Part shown: positions 1 to 8,836 of the stretch, one piece after another
Layout of the letters: each line of letters opens with the position of its first letter
Numbering within the stretch: the stretch's first letter is position 1
Assembly (NCBI GenBank): GCA_022729285.1
Contig: JALDAI010000001.1
Location: 1-27,137, forward strand
Reading direction: 5' to 3'
DNA from: Candidatus Nanoanaerosalina archaeon
GTDB taxonomy: Archaea > Nanohalarchaeota > Nanosalinia > Nanosalinales > Nanoanaerosalinaceae
Length of the DNA stretch: 27,137 nucleotides
Program-made: the position numbers and the translations under genes
Notes under the pieces: generated by a model
What the model was told of the DNA's origin: nothing
The model's database searches: none
What the model saw: the letters and a program-made list of their open reading frames with translations, nothing else

Positions 1-846
1 CATTACTGAAGCCATCGGAAGTAACAAAAACACAGTAGCAGTCTGTAAAGCAAGTATTGTAACCGGGTTTGAACCCATAGATGACATAATAGTTGTCATG
101 ATCATAATAAATACTGAACCAACAATGACTATAGTAATATACATTTCAACCATTAAAGACAGTGTATCAGCGAATTCATCTAACTGTCTTCGGTAATCAT
201 CCATGAAAGTGTTAGATTTTTCTCTCAAAAAACCTTTTAGATCTCCACCTGTTGTAAGTATAGAGTTTATACCCCACAAAAGATCTTTGAATTTTTCAGA
301 AGGAGTTCTTTTAGCTGCTCTTGTTATAGCGACTTCAATATCTGCTCCGAATCCGTATACATCGTTTGCAATTTTTTTAGCTTCCTTAGAAACTTCTCCA
401 TACTCATCAAAGTTCCCTAATAATCTAAAAATTGAGGCAACAGGTGTACCCATTCCAGCAACAGTTGAAAGATAGGTTGTTGCAAAGGGAAGGTTAAAGT
501 TAATGTTGTCCCTTCTCTTAGTGATTTCATTAGAAGGATAGATATAGTAAAGCATAAACATTCCTGAAGCAGCTCCTATACCGACAAAAGGCCCGGCAAT
601 CAGCCCTCCTATAACTCCAGAGATACCGGAAGATATAAGACCGAATAAAATACCAACAAAAGGAGTTACAAAAATAAAAGTTAAAGCAGCAGAGCACAAA
701 GCCATTGACAAATACTGTTTAAGAGTATAATTTAGATCAGCCTTCTTTAGATTATCTTCCAAACCACCTACATAATCCTCAATATACTTAACAAAATCTC
801 CGAAGTATTCTACCGAAATGTCCAAGTACTGTTCCATAAACTCCAT
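1..846 (-). CDS. Type II secretion system F / TadC-like pilus platform membrane protein (3' end runs off the window)
   Basis: Not in the ORF track; translated by hand. ATG at 846 or in-frame ATG at 837 (GGAG upstream of 837), open to base 1. Contains INFNLPFATTYLSTVAGMG, YGEVSKEAKKIANDV and KFKDLLWGINSILTTGGDLKGFL, typical of archaeal TadC/FlaJ domains, plus several TM segments. Directly downstream of the ATPase. Confidence 0.9.
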   Translation of the reverse strand, partial: MEFMEQYLDISVEYFGDFVKYIEDYVGGLEDNLKKADLNYTLKQYLSMALCSAALTFIFVTPFVGILFGLISSGISGVIGGLIAGPFVGIGAASGMFMLYYIYPSNEITKRRDNINFNLPFATTYLSTVAGMGTPVASIFRLLGNFDEYGEVSKEAKKIANDVYGFGADIEVAITRAAKRTPSEKFKDLLWGINSILTTGGDLKGFLREKSNTFMDDYRRQLDEFADTLSLMVEMYITIVIVGSVFIMIMTTIMSSMGSNPVTILALQTATVFLLLPMASVM

Positions 847-860
847 TTTTAACACCGGTT

Positions 861-2741
861 TTAACTAAACTGATCAAAAGGGTCTTCAGAATCCTCATCA
901 CCGTACCAGTCATCCTCTCCTTCATCAAAAACTCCGTCATCCTCGATACCGTCTTCCTCAACCATCTCCAAGACTTCTTTAGGGCTGTTATAAAACTTAG
1001 AAAGGATTCTACCAACGTCCTGGTAATGTTTTATATCCTGTTCATACATCCACTGTAAAACTTTCTTTCTTCTCAAAAGCTCTTCCTGGATCGCTTCCAC
1101 TTCTATACCGTGGTCCTCAACTATATCATGGAGTAGGAAGGATGCGTTCTCATTTTCGAACGAGTCATCTTTAGCAATCCACTCAAAAACCCTATTCACA
1201 ACAGGCCTCTCAAGCTCTTTATCGTATTTTTCAAACTCATAAACGCTTCCAACCCTTCTTAGATAAGTTCCTTGTCTCCTAGTTCTTTTAGGGAACACGA
1301 TTAAGTCAAGGTTTTCAATAAGCGATGGAGGTAGTTCAATAGGTTTTGTTGTTAGACGATCCATTACTTTCTGGATATTTGAAGCGTGGATAGTCGCCAT
1401 ACCTGGGTGTCCTGTAGCAATCTGTTGGAATAAGATATAAGCTTCTTCTCCTCGGACCTCTCCTACAATGATGTAGTCAGGTCTCTGCCTTAATGATTCT
1501 TCAAGCAAGTCGTCAAGTGTAACTTCTCCCTTACTAGACTCTCCGGAACCGAAACCGCTTCTTGAAACCTCAGGTATCCAGTTAGGGTGAGGAAGCCTTA
1601 ACTCCGGAGTATCCTCTATAGAAACAATCTTTAGCTCAGGCCTGACAAAAAGACTTAAAGCGTTCAACAAAGTTGTTTTACCAGAAGCCGTAGCACCAGA
1701 GATAAGTACGGATTTACCGTTCTCAACACATATCCAGAGGTAAGCCAACATCCTAGGGGTTAATGAACCAGACTCCATAAGATGTACCGGGGTTAAAGGC
1801 TCATCCGTAAACCTTCGGATTGTAAAGTTAGTACCTCTTCTAGCGATATCAGTTCCAAGAGTTGCCTGAACCCTTGATCCGTCAGGTAATGCTCCGTCAA
1901 GAAGCGGGTTAGCCATCGATATAGTTTTATCACATCTCTGAGAAAGCTTTCTTACAAAAGAATCAAGCTCATCATCAGTTTCCCATATAACATTGCTCTT
2001 TACAGAGCTCACTTCAGGATTTCTGTGGTAGATATATACAGGGATATTAACTCCGTCACAAGAAATATCCTCTACTCTTTTATCATTCATTATAGGCTCT
2101 AACTTCCCTAGCCCCACAAAGTTACGGTAAGCATAATACTCGATTACTTCCTCCTGCTCCCTGCTTAAACCAAAATTTCTTTTACGGAGTATCTTTCTTA
2201 CTCTCTCCTTCATATACTCCTTAGCCTCTTCTTTTTTCAACTGGTCAAACCTTACATCCAGAGACTCCTTAAGAATTTCCTCTATCTGGTTTAAAACGTT
2301 CCTACCTCTTTCAGAAAGCTCCGGTTCAGAAACTCTGTAGACAAGGGACTCATCTTCTTCATCATAACTTATATGTACCGAAGCGAAAACCCTATCATTC
2401 TTACCCGGATTGTTCGGAATCACAGGATAAGAAATATCGATATCCCTATCATCCTCGCTCTCATCCTGTATCAAACTCCCTGAATTAACCCATTCACCAG
2501 GCTGCTTATCCCTCACCAAACCTATTTTCTTCGTTTCAGACTCGTTTTTAACCTCTCCTTTCTCCGATCCATCTCCTTGAGAACTTTGATCCTCACGGTA
2601 TCCTACTGCCCCTCCCTTAGGCGGCATAACATACTTGACATTCTCCCCGTCACCTTTGCCTTCTTCTGATTCGTCACGGTTTGAATTAGACTTCTTCAAC
2701 TTCTTAATAACCTTATTCATATCTATCGACAGATCAACCAC
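861..2741 (-). CDS. Type II/IV secretion (pilus assembly) ATPase, VirB11/FlaI/PilB-like
   Basis: Walker A GATASGKT, Asp box SIEDTPEL, Walker B PDYIIVGEVRG, His box TGHPGMATIH. About 100 aa low-complexity N-terminal extension and acidic C-terminal tail. GTG start; ATG at 2720 is an alternative. Confidence 0.93.
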   Translation of the reverse strand: MVDLSIDMNKVIKKLKKSNSNRDESEEGKGDGENVKYVMPPKGGAVGYREDQSSQGDGSEKGEVKNESETKKIGLVRDKQPGEWVNSGSLIQDESEDDRDIDISYPVIPNNPGKNDRVFASVHISYDEEDESLVYRVSEPELSERGRNVLNQIEEILKESLDVRFDQLKKEEAKEYMKERVRKILRKRNFGLSREQEEVIEYYAYRNFVGLGKLEPIMNDKRVEDISCDGVNIPVYIYHRNPEVSSVKSNVIWETDDELDSFVRKLSQRCDKTISMANPLLDGALPDGSRVQATLGTDIARRGTNFTIRRFTDEPLTPVHLMESGSLTPRMLAYLWICVENGKSVLISGATASGKTTLLNALSLFVRPELKIVSIEDTPELRLPHPNWIPEVSRSGFGSGESSKGEVTLDDLLEESLRQRPDYIIVGEVRGEEAYILFQQIATGHPGMATIHASNIQKVMDRLTTKPIELPPSLIENLDLIVFPKRTRRQGTYLRRVGSVYEFEKYDKELERPVVNRVFEWIAKDDSFENENASFLLHDIVEDHGIEVEAIQEELLRRKKVLQWMYEQDIKHYQDVGRILSKFYNSPKEVLEMVEEDGIEDDGVFDEGEDDWYGDEDSEDPFDQFS

Positions 2742-3147
2742 CTATACTAATCTCATTCTCATCAAGTATTACTTCCGCCGTTTCATAATCGCTGTTAACC
2801 GTACCCTCCATACCATAAATATGTTCCAAACCGTTTAAGTTTGAGCTTGTAAATCCTCTATCATCAATAAATACCTGCACCCCTCTCTCCATCAAAGTAG
2901 CAGAGTAGTACTCATTAGCTAGAGAATCAGGTAGGATAAACCTTAAAGAACCTCTATCAGCACCGGTTTGAGTTAAAAACGCTATATTTGCGCTTATAAC
3001 ATCTCCCAAAGCCATACCCTGGGATTCAACAGCTTCATCCTTTATTCTCCCACCAAAATTCTCAAAAGCAACAAGAAAACCTGCAACCACCGCTATACCT
3101 ACCCCAAAAAGAATCACTATTTCAATCACTTGTGTTTGTCCTTTCAA
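2734..3147 (-). CDS. Class III signal peptide protein (minor pilin-like)
   Basis: MKG|QTQVIEIVILFGVGIAVVAGFLVAF. TTG start preceded by GGTGAT RBS. Overlaps the ATPase start. Confidence 0.8.
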   Translation of the reverse strand: MKGQTQVIEIVILFGVGIAVVAGFLVAFENFGGRIKDEAVESQGMALGDVISANIAFLTQTGADRGSLRFILPDSLANEYYSATLMERGVQVFIDDRGFTSSNLNGLEHIYGMEGTVNSDYETAEVILDENEISIGG

Positions 3148-3151
3148 ATAA

Positions 3152-3826
3152 TCACCCTACAGTTATAGATACGGTCTGTTTTTCAAGAGGACCTCCCCTC
3201 TTTGAGCTACCGTCTACTTCTTCTCCTTCGTACTCAACATAAAACGTGTGAGATCCTGACGAAAGAACATCTTCTCCTGAAACACTTAGATCTATTTGGT
3301 AACCTCTATCAGTTTCTAAATCGTTCAACTCTCTAAAATCAATCATTAACCTAGTGTTATACTCCTCACCTCTTAAATCAGTGATTCCTAAAACTACTCC
3401 CGCTCTATCCCGTCCAGCAACACCGTAGGAATCGCCTTCACCAACAATATCTATACCTCTTACATCCCTCGCGTTTAAAGGAACCCATTCACTTGTTGTA
3501 ACAAAAGCAGCATTCGTAGTAACAGCGAAATCAATACTGTTTGCTTCCTCATCAAAAACTAGAGACCCTCTCTCAAAATCCACATCGAAAGTTCTACTAC
3601 CCCCTCTTTCAGCAACAGTTTCAATCTCATCAGCTAATTCAAGCATCATATCTACTGTTTCCTCAACTTCTCGAACATCTTGTTCTTTCTCTAAAAGAGG
3701 AATCCCCCATGTAAGAGCTGCAGTTACACCAGAAATTATGATACCCGCCATAATAACCGCGGTTACAACACCGGTCTGACCTTTGTTCGAAAAAAATACC
3801 ATCTTAAACAATAATTTCCAAGACAT
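3152..3826 (-). CDS. Class III signal peptide protein (minor pilin-like)
   Basis: NKG|QTGVVTAVIMAGIIISGVTAALTWGIPLL followed by a beta-rich acidic domain. ATG at 3802 is a plausible alternative start, about 30 nt from an AT-rich TATA-like element at 3833-3840. Confidence 0.82.
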   Translation of the reverse strand: MSWKLLFKMVFFSNKGQTGVVTAVIMAGIIISGVTAALTWGIPLLEKEQDVREVEETVDMMLELADEIETVAERGGSRTFDVDFERGSLVFDEEANSIDFAVTTNAAFVTTSEWVPLNARDVRGIDIVGEGDSYGVAGRDRAGVVLGITDLRGEEYNTRLMIDFRELNDLETDRGYQIDLSVSGEDVLSSGSHTFYVEYEGEEVDGSSKRGGPLEKQTVSITVG

Positions 3827-3878
3827 GTAAATAAATATAACGCCGATAAGACCAAGAAATCTGGAAAAATTTAAATTA

Positions 3879-4424
3879 TCAACTTACTCCTCTACAAGAC
3901 TGACTGATAGTATAATCTCCTATATCTCCAAACCTAAACCTTACTTCGTAGTAAGTAGCATCTTCAAAGTTTTCACTAACCGTGATATCATAATGAGTTA
4001 CCTGTCCAACACTTGCAAAATCATCGTGAGGAGAGTTATCCGTTACTGAGACATCTAATTCATCATCATTATCATCTACATCAAACAAGTTCAAACCATA
4101 CCTGGTATACTCATCTTTTCTTTCGCCCGATGCACGTTCGTAAACCAGCATATCAACAGGGTTTATACTTAAAGTCCTGTCACCGCTGTTTCTAAGCCTT
4201 ACACTTACAGTATCCTCTATACAGTCGAGATCTTCAATACCTGCTTCACGATCCCAATCATCTATCTCACTACTAGTTCTCTCCATAAAATCATCCTGTA
4301 ACTGACTTATCCAAACATATGCTCCTCCAGCAGCAGCAACAGTCATCATCAAAAGAAGAAGAACAGCAATAACCGGAGTCACACCCTTCCTACTTTTCTT
4401 AAAAAGAAATATCTTTTTTACCAT
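3879..4424 (-). CDS. Archaeal type IV pilin (archaeal flagellin-N-terminal-like H-domain), paralog 2
   Basis: RKG|VTPVIAVLLLLMMTVAAAGGAYVW. Two Cys (LDC and a C-terminal CRG). GAGGT RBS upstream. Confidence 0.88.
   Translation of the reverse strand: MVKKIFLFKKSRKGVTPVIAVLLLLMMTVAAAGGAYVWISQLQDDFMERTSSEIDDWDREAGIEDLDCIEDTVSVRLRNSGDRTLSINPVDMLVYERASGERKDEYTRYGLNLFDVDDNDDELDVSVTDNSPHDDFASVGQVTHYDITVSENFEDATYYEVRFRFGDIGDYTISQSCRGVS
4321..4388. repeat. 68-nt perfect direct repeat, copy 1 (pilin H-domain)
   Basis: gctcctccagcagcagcaacagtcatcatcaaaagaagaagaacagcaataaccggagtcacaccctt, identical to 4846-4913. Confidence 0.95.
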
Positions 4425-4451
4425 CTATAAAACCTCAAAAAAGAGGAACGA

Positions 4452-4952
4452 CTATCCCTGACACTGAGCCGTTACCTCGTAATCATCTTCATCAACTAAT
4501 CTAAAAGTTACCTCATAATACTGTGTATCTTCAAAAGTATACTCCATGTTAAAAGTGTACTGACCTACATCACCTGTCTCACTGAAATCATCACCGTCCA
4601 AATGATCTCCCTCGGTTAAATCTAATCCGTACTCCTCAGTAGCTCTGTCACCGGTATCTCTTTCTTCTACAAGGATGTCAACAGGGTTAAGATTTAGATC
4701 AGTGTCACCACTGTTTCTTAGATAAGCAGTAATTTCAGAGCCATCACACTCTAATACTTCTATACCTACTCCTCTATCCATCTGTGATAGTTCATCTTCA
4801 GCTCCTTCCTGGAACTGTTCCTGTAGCTGTGTCATCCAGACATAAGCTCCTCCAGCAGCAGCAACAGTCATCATCAAAAGAAGAAGAACAGCAATAACCG
4901 GAGTCACACCCTTTCTGTTTGAAGCTATATAAGCTGGAAAATATTGTTTCAT
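4452..4952 (-). CDS. Archaeal type IV pilin, paralog 1
   Basis: RKG|VTPVIAVLLLLMMTVAAAGGAYVW. Globular domain aligns with 3879-4424 (GIE.L.C, LRNSGD, NPVD.LV, YGL.L, YYEV.FR, terminal C.G). GGTGAT RBS. Confidence 0.88.
   Translation of the reverse strand: MKQYFPAYIASNRKGVTPVIAVLLLLMMTVAAAGGAYVWMTQLQEQFQEGAEDELSQMDRGVGIEVLECDGSEITAYLRNSGDTDLNLNPVDILVEERDTGDRATEEYGLDLTEGDHLDGDDFSETGDVGQYTFNMEYTFEDTQYYEVTFRLVDEDDYEVTAQCQG
4846..4913. repeat. 68-nt perfect direct repeat, copy 2 (pilin H-domain)
   Basis: Identical to 4321-4388, offset 525 nt. The bases on either side mismatch. Confidence 0.95.
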
Positions 4953-4955
4953 TTA

Positions 4956-5507
4956 CTAATCACCTTTTGACCTTCTTCTACTGGTTGAAGGCCTTCTTTT
5001 TTTCTTAGTATTTCTATTACTTCCCGAAAGCCTTTTCATCCTCTTATCAAGCTGGTTCAGGCTCTTATCAATTTTTCCTAAACCTTGAAGCATCTGCTTG
5101 TTAGTCTCCTGTAGACTCTGCATTCCTTCTGAGATAGGGTTGACGATGCTCTGGTTGATATTCTGTGAAACATCCTCTTCCAACGAAGTCTCCGAAGCCT
5201 CTTTTAATAGCTCCATAAACCCGCTCATCTGATCGGAAACATTATCCATCTTTGTTATAAGAGTTTCAACAGAGTTATGTAGTCTGCTTGTCGATTGAAC
5301 CATGTCATTAACTATCTTCTGGTTCGACTTCATTATATCCATTATGTCAGAAACAAGCTCGCTACTTGAAGCGCCACCACCGGACACCTGTTGTTTCTCA
5401 AGCTTTTTGATCCTGTTCTCAAGCTTTCTAACAGGTCCCATAGGGATTACTTCATAATCTCCGGATCCAGAGCTACTATTATCAGATAATTCTACTTCGT
5501 CACTCAT
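4956..5507 (-). CDS. Hypothetical cytoplasmic coiled-coil protein leading the pilin operon
   Basis: 183 aa with heptad pattern, YEVIPMGPVRKLENRIKKLE motif and a basic C-terminal tail. Stop lies 3 nt before the pilin start. TATA-like TTATTTATAT upstream on the minus strand (about 5554-5563). Confidence 0.75.
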   Translation of the reverse strand: MSDEVELSDNSSSGSGDYEVIPMGPVRKLENRIKKLEKQQVSGGGASSSELVSDIMDIMKSNQKIVNDMVQSTSRLHNSVETLITKMDNVSDQMSGFMELLKEASETSLEEDVSQNINQSIVNPISEGMQSLQETNKQMLQGLGKIDKSLNQLDKRMKRLSGSNRNTKKKRRPSTSRRRSKGD

Positions 5508-5607
5508 TTAATATCTACCTCAGACTGTCTACAAGAAAAAATGTGTTACGACCATATAAATAACTTACCGCATTGTTAAGGAAAAAAAGAGGTAAAATGG
5601 GGGAAGA

Positions 5608-7275
5608 CTACATCATGCCTCCCATTCCACCCATACCGCCCATACCGCCCATGCCACCAGGCGCTCCGCCGGCTCCACCGTCACCATCAGAGCTGAAGCC
5701 TGAAGCTGAGATTACATCGTCGATCCTTAAGATCAGTTCTGCAGCCTCAGAAGCGGATTGAACAGCCTGAGTTTTTATCTGAAGAGGTTCAACAACGTTT
5801 TTGTTGAACAAGTCCTCAGATTTACCGGAGAATACGTCTATACCGGCCCATTTTCCTCCGGATTCGTGCTTGTTTCTTAGATCAACAAGCACATCGATAG
5901 GGTCTAAACCAGCGTTCTCCGAAAGAGTTCTTGGAATTACTTCAAGAGCTTCAGCGAAAGCATTGATAGCTAACTGCTCACGTCCTCCTACAGAGTCCGC
6001 ATAATCCTTAAGCTCTTTAGCTACTTCTATCTCAGTAGCGCCACCGCCACCTACGATTTTTCCAACTCTTAGAGCGGAAGCAATTCCTCCGATAGCGTCT
6101 TCAAAAGCTCTCTCGATCTCATCTACAACGTGTTCAGTTCCTCCTCTGATCAGGATAGTTACAGACTTAGCAGATTCAACATCTTCAACGAAAAGCATGC
6201 TGTCACCGCTGACATCTCTCTCCCTTATCTGTCCAGCAGTCCCTAGATCCTCTTCATCGATGTTGTTAAGGCTTGTAACAATCTTTCCACCTGTTGCCTT
6301 GGAAAGCTTCTCCATATCAGATTTCTTAACCCTTCTTACAGCCATGATACCGTTCTTAGCCATGTAGTGCTGTGCGATATCATCGATTCCTTTCTGACAA
6401 AAGACCATGTTAGCGCCGGAAGCCTTGATCTTTTCAACCATTTCCTTCAAACTTGCTTCTTCCTGATCAACGAACTCCTGTAGCTTAGAAGGATCGTTTA
6501 TCTGTATTTCAGCAGAAGTCTCAGTTTCCTGAACCTCTATAGCAGTGTTGATAAGAGCTATTTTTGCATTGTCAACACTTGAAGGCATTCCAGGATGTAC
6601 TTTTTCCTTGTCAATAACAACTCCTTCAATAAGTTCAGAATTGTTTACAGAGCCTCCCTGGCTCTTCACAGTTTTAATCAAGTCTTTGTCAACCCTGTAA
6701 CTGTTGTCGTACTCCTCAGCAACAGATGTTACAGCGTCAACAGCTATTTTTGACAAGTAGTCCTTTGAGCTTTCAGAGCTTTTACCCGTCATAGCGGTTT
6801 TAGCAACAGACTGTAGCTTGTCCTTGTCCTTGTAAGAAACATCCTCAGAGACATTGTTAAGAACTTCTAAAGCCTTAACCTTTGCCATCCTGTAACCAGA
6901 AGAAATCACTGTAGGATGGATATCCTGTTCAAGGAGATCTCCTGCCTTTTTCAGTAGCTCTCCCGCGATAACTACTGCAGTAGTTGTTCCATCGCCTACC
7001 TCATCGTCCTGAGTCTGAGCGATCTCAACCATCATCTTTGCAGCAGGGTGTTGTAGCTCCATCTCATCTAAAATAGTTACACCGTCGTTAGTAACTATCA
7101 GATCTCCGATAGAGTCAACCATCATTTTGTCCATTCCCTTCGGACCTAGAGTTGTTCTTATAGCGTTTGCAACTGCTTTACATGCGTTTATGTTGTTTTC
7201 CTGAGCATCCCTACCCTGTTGTCGGGTAGCATCCTCAGACATTATGAATATCGGTTGTCCTCCTAAATTTGCCAT
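5608..7275 (-). CDS. thsA: Thermosome subunit (group II chaperonin)
   Basis: [31 protein letters not shown] motifs and a GGM-repeat C-terminal tail. 555 aa. Confidence 0.97.
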   Translation of the reverse strand: MANLGGQPIFIMSEDATRQQGRDAQENNINACKAVANAIRTTLGPKGMDKMMVDSIGDLIVTNDGVTILDEMELQHPAAKMMVEIAQTQDDEVGDGTTTAVVIAGELLKKAGDLLEQDIHPTVISSGYRMAKVKALEVLNNVSEDVSYKDKDKLQSVAKTAMTGKSSESSKDYLSKIAVDAVTSVAEEYDNSYRVDKDLIKTVKSQGGSVNNSELIEGVVIDKEKVHPGMPSSVDNAKIALINTAIEVQETETSAEIQINDPSKLQEFVDQEEASLKEMVEKIKASGANMVFCQKGIDDIAQHYMAKNGIMAVRRVKKSDMEKLSKATGGKIVTSLNNIDEEDLGTAGQIRERDVSGDSMLFVEDVESAKSVTILIRGGTEHVVDEIERAFEDAIGGIASALRVGKIVGGGGATEIEVAKELKDYADSVGGREQLAINAFAEALEVIPRTLSENAGLDPIDVLVDLRNKHESGGKWAGIDVFSGKSEDLFNKNVVEPLQIKTQAVQSASEAAELILRIDDVISASGFSSDGDGGAGGAPGGMGGMGGMGGMGGMM

Positions 7276-7605
7276 ATTAGTTCACCTTTGTAGTAAAATT
7301 GTTGTCGAGTAGTTTTCCAGAACTGTTTCAAATTTTTACTCTTTAAACTACTTAAAACCTTTCACAGAACTTTTTTATAGATGACCATTAAAAAAATTGC
7401 AACCAGTTCACAAGAAAAACAATTGAGACAAAAGATTTTTGTTTAGATAAGATGACAAAAAAGCTTCACTCTCTTTATAAATCCATCCTGCATATAGAAA
7501 ATATGTTATACAAAAATCCTACTGATACATTTAAAAATTTCAAAGAGACCTTTTACTAAGTGGAACAACTCCACAAAATCTAAATGAAAATATGTAAAGA
7601 CCAGA

Positions 7606-7772
7606 GGACCCTTAGCTCAGCTGGTTAGAGCACCGTCCTTATAAGGACACTGTTCCTAAAAAAAGGTCTAGAGGAACAGAGAAAGTTTTTTTACACAACC
7701 TATCCTAACCGGTTACAAAAAAACCGTTCATGAGATAGGCGGAGGTCCCGGGTTCGAGCCCCGGAGGGTCCA
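7606..7772 (+). tRNA. tRNA-Ile(UAU) with a 93-nt intron at position 37/38 (intron 7644-7736)
   Basis: Acceptor GGACCCT/AGGGTCC, D-stem GCTC/GAGC, anticodon stem CCGTC (7633-37) / GGCGG (7738-42), anticodon TAT 7640-42, T-arm CCGGG-TTCGAGC-CCCGG, discriminator A7772, no encoded CCA. BHB: CUUA (7638-41) pairs UGAG (7731-34) with 3-nt bulges UAA and AUA. Spliced length 74 nt. Confidence 0.93.
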
Positions 7773-7790
7773 ATCACATTCTCAGACAAA

Positions 7791-8669
7791 TTAAATGAAG
7801 AAGAGAACTATCAGATCCCCTACAAAAACGCTTAGAAGTATCGCGACAGGGAAAGAAGGAACAAACATGACACCTGACTTAACAGTCACCTCGTCCACAG
7901 CATCCCTGATCTTACTAACCTGGTCCTCAGTAACGCCAACAATCCTATCAGCATCCAAAACTTCATCCTCTAGTTCAACAGGTTTAGCAAGAACATCTCC
8001 CTCCTCCAGATCATCAACAGATATCCTAGAAGTCATACCATACTTCTCAACATTTTTCAAAAACCTGTAAACAGCTAAGAAACCTAGCAAAATAGGTAAA
8101 GTACCTAAAAAGTACCTAGTACTAGTTCCGATACCCGAAAAACCAACAGTTACAATAGTTGAAACAGTTAACAAAACAACGTAAAAAGCGGATATAAGAA
8201 CCATTCTTTTCCAGTAACCCTTGATATCGTTGAAAAACTCCTCCATAACTTTTTTAGATCCTAAACCTTTGTACAGTGCAAAAAACATCGTGTAAACTGC
8301 TCCAACGATAAAAATATTTATCAAAAGAGTGAAACCAAAAGGCCAAGGCGCAGAAAAAGCAGGTTGGAATCCTTGAGGAACGGTTGGAAGCGCGAAACCT
8401 ACAGCACCCATAACAAAAGCGTCAGCACCTCCCCAAATACCTGTAAGGAAGAAAATCCATCCTAAACCGAAGAAAAGCGAGCCCACCACTAGAGAAGAAA
8501 CAATGTAGGTTAGTTCACCGGTCGTAATAGTTAAGATTAGGTGTACCAAAATCCCTGAGCCAGCAGTTAACAGAGAAATTATATCAGGAACCTCAGTAGT
8601 TCTTAGATCCCAGACAGCAGCTATACCGCTGCCGACGAGAGCGATCGCAAAAACGATAATACCCAACAT
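7791..8669 (-). CDS. Prepilin/class III signal peptidase, family A24 (FlaK/PibD/EppA-like)
   Basis: Multi-TM protein with candidate catalytic Asp motifs WDLR and GGAD, and an archaeal C-terminal region (LEEGDVL ... VMFVPSFPVAILL). Confidence 0.9.
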   Translation of the reverse strand: MLGIIVFAIALVGSGIAAVWDLRTTEVPDIISLLTAGSGILVHLILTITTGELTYIVSSLVVGSLFFGLGWIFFLTGIWGGADAFVMGAVGFALPTVPQGFQPAFSAPWPFGFTLLINIFIVGAVYTMFFALYKGLGSKKVMEEFFNDIKGYWKRMVLISAFYVVLLTVSTIVTVGFSGIGTSTRYFLGTLPILLGFLAVYRFLKNVEKYGMTSRISVDDLEEGDVLAKPVELEDEVLDADRIVGVTEDQVSKIRDAVDEVTVKSGVMFVPSFPVAILLSVFVGDLIVLFFI

Positions 8670-8836
8670 ATAATTTAGGAAGTGTACTCAACAAATAAAT
8701 AACTTAGAGGTAGCCAAAAAAGAAACGACAAAAACATTTGGTTGCATCTGTCAGAAAAAAAAGTAACATTTAAACCGTAGAAGTAAGAAAGTTGTAGATA
8801 GGAGTAAAAACATTTCAAATACTGGTAGACAAAAAG

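Noticed and set aside
1-2741. Calling the ATPase and membrane protein archaellum flaI/flaJ
   Set aside because: No archaellins or flaH/F/G in the window. The adjacent substrates are pilin-like.
5608-5680. Short GC-rich repeats at the thermosome 3' end
   Set aside because: They encode the ordinary GGM chaperonin tail.
7644-7736. C/D-box guide RNA inside the tRNA intron (as in euryarchaeal tRNA-Trp)
   Set aside because: No RUGAUGA box C or CUGA box D found in the intron.
7745-7772. tRNA 3' end as an integration site (att) for the pilus region
   Set aside because: No second copy of the tRNA 3' end and no integrase seen in the window. Housekeeping genes are interspersed.
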